Assembly: GCF_002105155.1 (NCBI RefSeq) | Contig: NW_019029017.1 | Span: 62,001 to 126,000 of the forward strand | Source: Lobosporangium transversale | Taxonomy: Eukaryota | Direction of reading: 5' to 3' | DNA: 64,000 bases | In this document: positions 1 through 11,917 of the stretch, in pieces | How positions within the stretch are numbered: position 1 is the stretch's first letter | Layout: every line of letters starts with the position of its first letter | Position numbers and translations under genes: made by a program | Notes under the pieces: generated by a model | The model's input: the letters and a program-made list of their open reading frames with translations, nothing else | The model's database searches: none | What the model was told of the DNA's origin: nothing

Positions 1-230
1 TACTGTATCAAGCTACATGGATATGACATATTTATTTAACAGAGAAAAGCATGGATATAAGAAGTGTGGATGGTGAATGACAGAATATGTATAAAAAAAA
101 AATTGCCAGGCATTTCGTCTAAAAAGAGTTCTCCCTGTTACTGCTGTAAAGGATTGAATTACTTTTGCCTTTCTAAATAACTTTCTTTCTTTCTTTTTTT
201 TTTTTTTTTTTTTTCCTCTCAACTCATTTT

Positions 231-1380
231 TTAGGCTTGCTTGACGGCAACAACATTGCCGACTTGAGTGATGCCCAACTCCTCAAACTTGCGATGGAAC
301 AAGGGGATCAACTGTTGAGCAATCGTGAACGAGAAGACCAACTTGGGTCCGACAACCAAGATCTTTGGTAACAATCCTTTAAAGAAAGCACCAAAGCCTT
401 CGTTACGAACCATTTTCTTAATAATGCTTACACCACCCTCTGGGTTATCGAAGTTGCGATTCTGGATTCGAGTCTTGACTACATCTAGGGGTGCTGCCAC
501 AGTGATAGAAGCAACCGACCCTCCAATCGAGGCGCAGAAGTTCTGGAAGAATGTAGCCTTGCTATAATCTTCCAATCCAAAAATCCATTCTTTAACGAAT
601 GCGCTTCCTCCAAAGAGCGCAAACGAGCCAGGGGCATTACGACCAGCAGTCCAGAGGGCACCTCTGCAAAAAGATAAATATCAAACAATGTATTATTAGC
701 ATACGCTGTATATGTTAATCTGGAAAACTCGACCAGTAAAGAAAAAAAAAAAAAAAAAAAAAGCCTACCTGTACAAGCCCATTCCCTCATCCGCAACAAT
801 CTTCATGACGCCACGTCCACGGAAGGCCTCAGGGTTGGTCTGCCTCTTGATCTTGAGGACATCAAGTGGCAAAAGGGCAATCTCACCAATGCCGACCAAA
901 GAACCAGCAGTAGCATGCATCATGGTCTTGCCAGTCTTCTCTCCAAAAACGCCATTGAACGAGCCCTTGAAGTTACGATTCAGGTACTCGTTCACAAAGG
1001 GCTGGCCACCGAACTTGTACACACGCTGCATGATCTTGTATCCAGCAGCGAAACCAAGACCAGGGAACAAAGATGCATACTTCTTCAAAAATGCAGCATT
1101 GGCGGCATCCTTAAAAATGACCTTGTTGGTGTTGGCCAAACCGACGTTAAAAGGTTGACCAGACACGAACAGCTATCATTTTCAACCAAAACAGAGATGT
1201 AAGTCGATTTAAAATCCTATTCAACACGCACAAAATAACCTGATCAAATCTTCCAGGGTTCCTGAAAGTTGCTTTTGCTCCTTTAAACAATTTAATGAAG
1301 TTCTCTCCTTCTTTCCACTCTGTCCTGTTCATTATCCAGATTCCTCCTGTATATTGTTCAATTGTACTCCAAAGACAAAA

Positions 1381-1414
<34 letters not shown>

Positions 1415-1644
1415 GAAAATATCATGAACGATATGATAGAAAGAAAAAGGAAGGAAGGAAGGAAGGAAGGAAGGAAAGAGGCGAAATAAAGTTTACTTAC
1501 ACGAGTCTGGTTGCTCATGAGGCGCTTGGCTACAGTGTCTATGGGGTGGAAGATCATTAGTTCGAGGAATCCCGAGGTTCCGGACCCGCAGAGACGGGCG
1601 ACACCCGACTCCGAGTGCTTGCTTTTGGAGGAAGGAGGCGACAT
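231..1644 (-). CDS. GGC1: Mitochondrial carrier family protein, GTP/GDP carrier (Ggc1/Yhm1-like); 3 exons ~1644-1501, 1172-769, 663-231
   Basis: Three Px[DE]xx[KR] carrier signatures (HPIDTVAKR, LPLDVLKIK, APLDVVKTR). Segments SLFPGLGFAAGYKIMQRVYKFGGQP and GPKLVFSF are typical of Ggc1. GT-AG introns join the ORFs in frame. Confidence 0.9.
1448..1476. repeat. (GGAA)n microsatellite in GGC1 intron 1
   Basis: Tandem ggaa units read directly. Confidence 0.85.
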
Positions 1645-2136
1645 TATTTGTTATGTGTTTCTCAAATGAGCAAGAAAATGGAGAGAGCGGGGTGTTGCGG
1701 AAATGACCTTTCGGGAATGCAGAACAGGAACAAAGAAAAAAAAAAAAAAAAAAAAAAAGAGAGAGAGAAATAGAAAACTTGAACATTTTTTAAACCCTTG
1801 TCGTTATTATCTTCAATCTCTAAATCTTTAATACTCAAAGGCTTTCCGGTCTATATCCGTGCAAGATCAATACCGATAATTGACATTCCTTGATCCTAAG
1901 ACAATAACTTTATTTCACGCTATGCATTGATGAGCCAGGTACATATAAAATAACGGTTCTTTTTTTTTCTTGATGGAATGACTGCTTGGATTTGATAGAT
2001 AAAATAACAATTTCACGTGCTGTGACTGCCTCTTCTTTACTGCAAATAAGCAAATACAGAAATATAAGAAATATAAGTAAAAGCAAATAGTAAATGTGGT
2101 ATGTTCTGTGTTCTTGTTCTTTTGCAATTTTGTCTC

Positions 2137-3692
2137 CTATCTTGCTCTCTGCTTCTTATCCATTATTCGATGTCCACACCTTGAATCATTTCTGGATATT
2201 CTGACATCTTCTTCAGCTACTGCAGAATCCATATCTCGTGATCGTTTCATGGGAGCCACACTATCTAGCAGGCTCATTTGTGTTGTTGTGAGGATGTGTT
2301 GTGCGTTGTAACGGTTGATTACTATTAGGTTTTGAGTCAATCCACCCAGTGAACGTTGCAACCACGGCGACGATGACAATGGGGTGGTGATATTGGATGG
2401 GTATGATACAATCAGGCTGATGTATTGCCCTCCCGCAAAGCAATATTTTGCTAAATCAGGAAGTGAGTCTCCAATCAGCTCGCTTGTTGAGTGATGAACT
2501 GATCGAAATACTTTGTCGATAGCCTGCTGTCCATCCAGCTGCTTGAACAGTATGAATCTTACAAATACTGGATACTTTTGTTCACCAATTTGAATAACAA
2601 ACACCAAATCGGGGCCTTCTTTCTTGGTAGTTGTTAAACTACTTGAACGGAAATAATAGAATGGACCCACGGTTTGGCCAGTTGAGAGACATGAGTTGTT
2701 CCAGTAATGTGCATTCATAAATGTTTGAAGACTAATACCCTGATCATTGTTCCAGTTATATATATTACCCAACCCCACAATATGAGACTGGTCATTGACC
2801 ATCTGTTCGACATCCGATGTGTATGTTGCAAATAACGTCCTGAACAACTTTGTGTTGTGAAAGAGAGGTAGTAATATGAGAGGTACTTCGTGTTCCCAAA
2901 ACCATTCCCTGCATGATGGTGGCGGCAAACCCATAGATAGCAAATCTTTGACTTGATCGTCCAGTAAAGTAGAGAAATTGGAGTTGAAATCAGACTGAAA
3001 CAGAGCTTTTGCCGCCAAAAGTGAAGCAGGATCTCCAATCGTCATTCCCTTTGCCAAACCGTCAGTCCGACCCAACCCAGCGTCAAGAAGTAAACGATGC
3101 GGAGAGCTAAGAATGGTTGGCAGTCCTGTCAATATTTTGAGAGCTAGAGCTTGTTTGAGGATTTTTAGGATGTCGAAACTTATTGCTCTCCTGTCATTTG
3201 GATCGTCGATATCATGCAGTAACCATCGCACACTGTTATTATAGTCGTCCTCCATAAAGACTGATGGGACCCCGGTTGGTATATATAAAAAAAGGGTGCC
3301 CTGACAGTACAAGAGCAGCAGAAGTAGCTGTGGAAGAAGAAAATGTATGAAAAAATGGAGGGTGGGACGAAGGAAAGGGGGTAGGGACGAAGGAAAGGGG
3401 GTGGGGACGAAGGAGGAAAAAAAAAGGTCACAAAAGGTGGACAAAGCTTACAGGGGTAAGGAAAAATGGCCCAAAGGTGCATTCCAACAAAGTGGGATTT
3501 GGGTATTAAATGCTCTGCGGCATGATGGATGTTCAGATATCTCACACCCTTAACAACAAAGCTGATGTCGGTTAGAATAAGATTTATCCAATCAGAATCA
3601 GTTTTTTTGTTCTGCTTCTGTTTAGCTCCACAAATGAAAACGGGAATGGATTTTAGAAGGACAAAACTCAAACTTGCCAGAGGTAGAGGCAA
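2137..3692 (-). CDS. Crinkler (CRN)-type effector C-terminal region with degenerate restriction-endonuclease-like (PD-(D/E)xK) domain; possibly truncated or a pseudogene
   Basis: Motif order IGDPASLLAA..WE..IVG..FMNAH..VGPFYY..GPDLVFVIQIG..PVFV..YC..YISLIVSYP matches my recollection of Mortierellaceae CRN NTPase-REase paralogs. The 5' exon structure is unclear; the main coding exon is ~3300-2137. Confidence 0.55.
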
Positions 3693-4243
3693 CGCTACGA
3701 TTCATGACTGGGGCACAAACTGAAAAACAATAATAATCTGTGGCTAGATACAGGACATTGTACACAGCACTAGAATGAATGTATCTCATGGAGAAACCAA
3801 AAGAGCCTGAATAACAGAGAGGAAAAAAAAAAAAAACACGTCTCGAGAAGACAAACAACCTCCCTAATATGCAAGTATATTTGAAAGACCCCTTCTCCGT
3901 TTTTCACAATAGCACAGCAAAATATAAAAAAAAACGAAAGGTTAGAAGAGAGTATCATAATCATGAGAACAAACGAGATTAACAAGGACATGCGCGTAAA
4001 AAATATGTCAAAGTCAAAATTATGCTTACTACACTGAAGGTTGAATAAAGATGAGACAATTTTGTCTTTTTTTTTTTTTTTTTTTTTTTTTTTCGTGCCA
4101 CTTCTTGCTTTCATTTGACTTTCATTCTTTCCTTGTCTCTCCTTTTCGTGGTTTCTGTCCGTGCATCAAGTTAGACAACAACACGCCTTTATTTTGTGTT
4201 ATTTTTTTATATTTTATTTATCGGCAAGACGTGAACAGAGCAC

Positions 4244-5142
4244 ATGTCGGCAACCGCGGATGAGACAACGCCTCTGTGGCCAGAAGGTGCAGTTCACAAC
4301 GCCAATCATCTAGGAGAACATGAGGACGATGAGCATGAGATAAACTACGACCTTCCAAGACACAGGAGTTTTGAGCATGGACCCCCTGCAGACCCATGGC
4401 GCATTTCATACTGGATCATGGTCATCCAAGGAGCCTCAATGCTCTTACCCTGGAACGGTAAACGGTTGCAATGATTTCATGCCTATTGATTCCCACACAT
4501 GGTAAAAAGACTATTCAAGTGGGCCTCGAAATGTAACTCTACTGTGATTATTAACATGTTTAAATTATAAAAAAAAAAAAGTCTTCATTACTGCACAGGA
4601 ATTCTTTAAGCTGAGATTTCGAGGATCGCCTTTTGAACATGACTTTCAAAATTATTTCTCAGTGGCATTCATGAGCACCAATCTAATCGTTGTTGGAAGC
4701 TCTATTCTGATTCAAAAGCAGGTAAAGGCTTGTGTATGCTAAGACCTCACCCTTTTTTTTAATGTGATTTGATAACGGTTGAATGTGACACGAGCTCTTC
4801 TTTCTCACGGCATAGGCACCAGGAACAACACATATTATTGGGAGCTTACTACTCAATGCGGCGGTCTTTCTGTCAATTCTGGTGTCTATCCAAACCAATT
4901 ACGAGATCGACTCAACCACTTACTTTTTCTTTACTCTGACCATGCTCTCACTGTCAGCAATCTCGACATCGATTGTACAAAACGGCATGTTTGGCCTTGC
5001 CTCTAAATTTACAGGCCATCATGTCCAAGGTGTCATGCTGTGAGTTTTTTTTTTTTTTTGAATGTGAATCTGCATGAATATGGTCATGATCGTCTAACCT
5101 ACTTGATTTACGTTAATAGTCCCAACTACCAAGATCTGATCT

Positions 5143-5175
<33 letters not shown>

Positions 5176-6393
5176 GCTTTAATCAGTGGTCAAGGAGTTG
5201 CAGGCGCTGGAGTTGCCATCTCTCAGATTGTCACACATATCCTTTCCCCATCTAAAGGTGATTCTTACTTGGACGACTATATTGGCCCTGTGTCGACATC
5301 ACCATCCTTAGTTGCAGAATTCGGGGGTGGCAGTGGCAACAGAGGCAGGAGACAAGGGTTGGAGCACTCTGCATTCTTGTTCTTCTCGTTCGCATTGCTC
5401 TTTACTGTGATCTCAGTCCTGGCGCAGGCACTTTTGATTCGCTTACCCATATATGAATACTACACAGAGGAACAGCCCCGTCGACCAATTGAGTTCTTAG
5501 CACCACCTTCACCCCGTTTCAATAGCGTCACCCTCGCTGAAGGCAATCACGACGATAACAATGTTGCTGCTAACGGAGCTGGTGAACAGGATGCCACTAT
5601 TATCCGTCGCAACTCAACAAGTTCGGCTGCCACGGCCGTCACTATCACCCCAGCTATGATTGAAGAAGCCAATCGTCGTCAGACAGAGGAAGCTGTCCGG
5701 CGAGCGGAAGCAGAGAGAGTGAACCATTACCGGAGCGCAAGTCTAGGAGCGACTGCGCTAGCAAATGATGCAAATGCCATGCGATTAATGCAAGATATCT
5801 ATCCAAGGAAGAAGGCACATCCACTCGTCATCCTTTATATCTCCATTACCCTAGTGTATGGACTAACTCTATCACTCTTTCCTTCATTAACCGGCTTGGT
5901 GGAATCCACCAACACTGCGCCTGATCGATCCCGACTTGCCAAAGATCTGTTTGTTCCGCTGCACTTCCTCACTTTCAACTTGGGCGACTGGACTGGAAAG
6001 GCATTGCCATCGTTTGCTTTGTTCGCTCCCAGCACGCAACATCCGACGCGAAGACAGCAGTTGAAGTATTTGCTCTCATCACTCACACGATTCATCTTCA
6101 TCCCTATTTTTCTGACTGCCAATCTGCCTATCCCTTCAAACACGAGGTTGTTACCCTTGTTGATCCAACGAGATGAAGTCTGGTTTGCACTAGTCTTTTT
6201 GTTTGCCCTGTCGAACGGGTACCTGGGAAGTATCATTATGATGGTTGGTCCAGCTTGTGTGCTTGGAGGCGAGAATAAGGCCCGTGCAGGCGTCAAGTTG
6301 GGCTTCTGGTTGACTGCTGGTCTTGCTCTTGGAAGTGCTGCCAGCTTTGGTGTACGTAAACTGATGTGTGCTCGAGGGGGGTGTCCAACTTGA
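4244..6393 (+). CDS. Equilibrative nucleoside transporter (ENT/SLC29, Fun26-like); 4 exons
   Basis: Spliced GASMLLPWN|VFITAQEFF, GQGVAG, TLSLFP, FNLGDWTGK and FALSNGYLGS are ENT signatures; multiple hydrophobic helices. Confidence 0.9.
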
Positions 6394-6864
6394 AAGCCTC
6401 CTGAACTCAAGACTTCTTGTATATAGTAATCAATGAAAAACAAGAGTATTTCCTACTTTAAACATTACTTTCACATTCAATTTCAAAGATGCTTAGTCTC
6501 TTTGACAGATTTTGATTTTTATGAGCGGGACGGTAAAAGTACATTTATTGTGTTGAACAATGGTTATAAAAAAATAAGAGGTGAACAAGCAAAAAAAGTC
6601 TACATACAAAAGGATTGAAAAACTTGGTGCAAATGATAGTGGGTTGGGGGATATTTTGATTTTAAAAAGTTTTTTTTTTTTTTTTTTTTTTTTTCTTTTT
6701 TGGTAAAACAGGAAATGGGTTGAACCACCTGTTGATGAATAAAAAGGACGTTCAATTTTTTTGGGTCTCTCAATCGATCCAATTGCATATACAGATACAC
6801 AAAGCTTAATCTTGCATCACGACAAGTCAAGCAGCGTGTACGTCTTTTCCCTTTTGTTCACTCT

Positions 6865-8478
6865 TTAAAATTCAAGCTTGCGAGGCTGCTCCCTATTAAT
6901 CACAAAAAAAAAAAAAAAAGTTCAGATTCGTCAGCATGTGCTTACTACCTTTTAAAAGACGCCTATTCAAGTATTCGATACAAGAACACATAAATAAATA
7001 AATGAATAATAAAGCATACCAGGAAAACTCATCGCGACCAAAATGACCGTAGCAAGCAGTCTTGGTGTAAATGGGCTTGAAGAGATCCAACTGCTTGACG
7101 ATGACGCCAGGGCGGAGGTCAAAGTTCTTCTTAACAATCTCAAGAATTTCGGCGTCAGACTTGGTCCCGGTACCGTAGGTGTCGACGAAAACCGAGGTGG
7201 GTTCAGCGACACCAATAGCATACGAGAGTTGGACGAGGGCACGACGGGCGAGACCAGCAGCGACGATAGACTTGGCAATCCAGCGGCCAGTGTAAGCAGC
7301 AGAGCGATCGACCTTGGACCAGTCCTTACCAGAGAAAGCTCCACTAAAATAAAGAATAAAAAAAAAATAAAAAAAAAAGTTAGATCATGTAAAAAAGCGA
7401 AAGGCATCACGTGAAGGGTAAATGTGAAAGCTAGATCAGCTTTGATGGTAAACAAACAAATATTACTGCTTACCCTCCGTGAGCACCATGACCGCCATAA
7501 GTGTCAACAATAATCTTGCGTCCAGTAACACCGGCATCGCCCTGAGGACCACCAATGATGAACTTGCCAGAGGGCTGAAGGTGATAGATAGTCTCAGGGG
7601 TGAGGTATTTAGCAGGAATGACCTTCTCGATGACCTCCTCCTTGAGGGCCTTGCGGAGAGTTTCATTATCAACATCAGCGGAATGCTGGACAGAGATAAC
7701 GACGGTGTGAACGCGGATAGGGACTAAAGCACCACCCTCGTTTTTGTACTCGATGGTGACTTGGGTCTTGGAATCAGGGCGGAGGAAAGGAAGGGTTCCA
7801 TCGCGACGACCATCAGCCATCTTCTTATTCAACTTGTGGGACAAGATCAAGGTCAAGGGCATGAGTTCGGGAGTCTCATCAGTAGCATAACCGAACATGA
7901 TACCCTGGTCACCGGCTCCAATATCCTCAACGTTGAAACCCCTCTGGACAAGACCCTGGTAGATATCAGGGGACTGCTGCTCAATGGCGACAAGAACATT
8001 GCAGGTCTTGTAATCGAAGCCCTTCTCAGAGTCATCGTAACCAATATTCTTGATGGTCTGACGAATAATCTTTTGGTAGTCAAGAGTGGCCTTGGTGGTG
8101 ATCTCTCCAAGAACCATGATCATACCGGTCTTTGCAGCAGTCTCGCAAGCAACCTTGGACATGGGATCCTGCTCCAAGCAAGCATCGAGAATGGCATCAG
8201 AGACCTGGTCGCAGATCTTGTCTGTAAAGAAGTTGTCACACAATTAAAAACACAAGGGTGACATATAGATGAATTATGAGTCAGCTGCTTTTTATCCATT
8301 CTTGATTTTGAGATCAGTCGAAAGAGATCTTCATGTGTTTGCTCATTTCGGTCATCGGAACGATTCTATGAGAACAGCCCAAAAACATATACTGTAAATA
8401 AGGGGTTGTCAGGACGAAGGAATACATACCGGGGTGACCCTCGCCGACAGATTCAGAGGTGAAAAGGAAGGTAGACAT
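6865..8478 (-). CDS. SAM2: S-adenosylmethionine synthetase (methionine adenosyltransferase); 4 exons
   Basis: [69 protein letters not shown]; ends WEQPRKLEF*. Confidence 0.97.
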
Positions 8479-8526
8479 GGTAATGAGGTTATGCGATGAG
8501 TGAAATGAATGAGGCTGAGAGAAGAT

Positions 8527-8558
<32 letters not shown>

Positions 8559-9421
8559 GAAAAGTAAAAAAAAAAATACTATCCAATATTTATATGAAGG
8601 GACTCAAAAGAACTTTATGGGGACCCAGCCAACACATGGGAATCGTGTCAATGCACAATTCTACAGCGCACTTTAAAAACATATAAAACACATTCATTCA
8701 ATTGCTCTCTTTCTACCACGCAAAGGAAGGCGACATCAATTTGCCACGGCCACTTTGATCAAACCATCTTGGATTCATATTGCATAATATTTTTCCTGGC
8801 CTTGATCGTACCCATATGTATATACTTTTACTCTTCAACCAGTTCCCCCACTTTTTATTTATTTATTTATTTTTCTTTTTTCTTTTTTTTTATTTTTTAT
8901 TAACCGCTATAGCAACGCCGCCGTCGTCGATTGGTAAAAGTTTCTATTGCACTTTCAATACTCCCACACTTCATTTGTCAAGCATTTTTCGACATGCTTT
9001 TGCTATCCTTGGTTCCTACGATACATCCCTTGATGTCCCCTTTAGAAATGTAAGCGTTCATATACTTTGAAATGTCTTTATTTCACAGGTGAATACCGAG
9101 ACTTTCATGTATGGAAGCAGATCAGGATTTCAAGATATTATTCCTATAGCTAATATTGATAACAGGAACTGAAGTCATTGAGAATCGATGTCGTGACTTG
9201 GCAGTCTGGTAGGATCAACCTATATCTCTATCATCTCCATCTACCATTCAAGTTTTCATTCATACAAGATAATGTTTTAATGTCATCAAACATCAAAAGA
9301 CAAAAAAGAAAGAAAAACAGTATTATCCCAGCCAGCCAATCAGAGTAGTTGGAACGCACGACATCATTCCTAAGATGTTCATTTTGGCCTCTGTGACTGG
9401 AACTTGGCTTTTAGTAATTTG

Positions 9422-9452
<31 letters not shown>

Positions 9453-9969
9453 CATGGACACTCAGTGTTATTTTACACTCTGCCCCTGAATAATCTGAAT
9501 AATAAGATCAAACCCGTCAAACATTGCTCGAACATGCAATCTCTCATCTACTATAGTATTCTATGAATATATCTATGCGTGTGTTTTGTCCATGGGGATT
9601 TGGCTACTGGCTTTTCACAAGTCAAGCGATCATGCAAACATCTTCATGATGTCGCGCGTTAAGGACTGCAGGGAATGTAAACTTTAAACACTAAAACAAC
9701 TGCATCAGACCGGGGTGAAAAAGCATGCGCGTGCAACCAGCAGTCCATGAACTGCGTGTCCACAATAAAGATCAATATCAAGCTTTATTCCTACCCCAAC
9801 AAATAAAATAAATTTTTTTATCAGTCTTTCTGTGCAACGAGAATAAGGCGAGAAAAGCATATGAAATGCGCCATTGGACACTGGTTGAGCATTTTACTTC
9901 AATAATAACAATAATAAAAAGTGGGGAGATCAAGGGAAAAAAGACTGAGAAATATAGCGCATCATAGTC

Positions 9970-10125
9970 TAACTATATATACGAAGCTGTCATCGAATAT
10001 GAGATATATATCCAATAATATGATATGATATATATATATATATATGTATGTATATATAATATGCCACATATGATAAATATATATATATATATTGATATTT
10101 AATTATTAAATTATACACGTATAGC
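9970..10125. repeat. AT-dinucleotide-rich low-complexity tract
   Basis: Multiple (AT)n runs. Confidence 0.7.
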
Positions 10126-10319
10126 TGTTTAATGCATGCTGAATAGACTGTTACATGTAATTATTGCTCGATCTATTCAGTCTCGTCTGTGCGCTTCAGA
10201 TCAAAGCAAAGCCCACTTCAAATGCTGCGCACATGCTTGTACGCTGCTATAGACTGCAGTACATCATTTCATTTACGCAGTCCATTGTAAAATTATAAAC
10301 TGCTATAAACTAATGGAGT

Positions 10320-11761
10320 TCAAAACACTACAGATCCAGCAAGCAAGTTTCTGACACTATTGATCTCGTCCGACATCCCGTTGACGTTCTCTTGCGAAAC
10401 AAAACTTGATGCGATTTCGACTAGCCATGGGGACGCAGTCTCTGCAGTATTGCTCCCCGATGCCTCTTCCTCTGGTACAATGGCTGAGAATGGATCATGC
10501 TGCTTAGAGAGCTATATAAATGAAATTCGAATAGTATATATATATATATATATGTAAGATAAAAATAAAATGAGAACTAATAGACCGATACTGGAACTTT
10601 CATTTTCTACTGCGAATTATTTGATCCCATAACATCTCCTAAAGACAACTTACCTTATACTTTCGAAAGACAGATATCCTGCAAATGTTGTTGAACATGA
10701 AGTTGTATCCTCTGCAAACAAATTCATCCTCAAATCTATATTCGATAATAAAGCAATATACCTTTCTTTTTCTGAGCAAAATACTTCTCTCCACGTAAAA
10801 CAATCCGAAAAAAAAGGGCGACCTTTGTGTCTGGATTTTGCCTCACCCGTAGCCTAGCAATGATAAAAACCCAAATGCATCACCATGGATTTTGACCAGG
10901 ATAACGGATCGAACGACAATAGTCCTACCCGGCTCTGGGTGCCCATATTGACACAGTCGATACTGTCTGGTAACTATTGTTTTTGGCCCATAATGTCGTA
11001 AAGATGACCCTACTTGTAAAGATCCTCCGTTGGATGTGGTCATGTTGGCTGACGCGTCTTGCTGCTGCTGCCATTGTTGTTCTTGTGTTGTAATTGACTG
11101 GGATGTCGCTGTTGGATCGGTGGACATTTGTGCGATTGTATCCTCAGTGTCTTGTGTATTAGATGTCATCCCACTATCTATAATGGATGACATATCACCA
11201 ACTGCTAATACGGATGCCTCGCTTTGATTCGTGTCTTGGGCACCATTGTTATTGCTGTTGACATCCGTATCATGTGCGTCCCTGGAATTTTTCTGTTTTT
11301 TCCTATTGCCGCCATCATCTAATATATGTATCTGCTTTTTAGATTGATCTAAAATAGTCAACTTGACACGCAGTCGAAGATGAACATCGTCATTTCTAGC
11401 CGCGTAGATGGGTCTCTGGACTAAAGAGTAAAAAGAGGATATTATAAAAAATTAAAAACAACAAAAAAAAAAAAAAAAAAAAAAAAAGGTCAAACTAATT
11501 AATGATATTCATATTATCCAGTTCTCGCATTCGTGCTAGCGTTTTCAACTTTACTAGCATAGTATTCGATTTCTTTTTTTACAGTCAGGTCATACTAGCA
11601 GGGGTAAAGAGCATCTCGTGCTCAAACATCTTTGAATGTGCAGCATGTTCACACAGTCCAAGCAGTCGATCGTATAGGCGTTGAAACTGTCCTGGAAGTA
11701 CAGTCCCAGTTAGACTGCACTCAAATGAGGCTCCTCCTGACGTTGATCCCGGTACTGACAT
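10320..11761 (-). CDS. MED18: Mediator subunit Med18/Srb5; at least 4 exons, with a low-complexity insertion
   Basis: Manually spliced: MSVPGS..FECSLTGTVL..LYDRLLGLC..MFEHEMLF / VHLRLRVK..LCQYGHPEPGRTIVVRSV..FLSLLGY / FEDEFVCRGYNF..ISVF / PWLVEI. The 3' end is uncertain. Confidence 0.8.
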
Positions 11762-11917
11762 GAACTTCTTGTTGACCTCAAAACGCCTAGCCTTGGAATG
11801 AATGGCACAATGTTTCTGAAAAAGTCATAATGATATGTCAAGCCACCTCAAATCTCTATCTTATTTTTACGTGAGAACGTTTTTGTAATTCATATTTATT
11901 TCTCTATAATCAGTATC

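Noticed and set aside
10293..10322. Med18 TGA readthrough giving a C-terminal SSL (PTS1-like)
   Set aside because: Context is TGA-ACT, not the leaky TGA-CTA; SSL is a weak PTS1; implausible for a Mediator subunit
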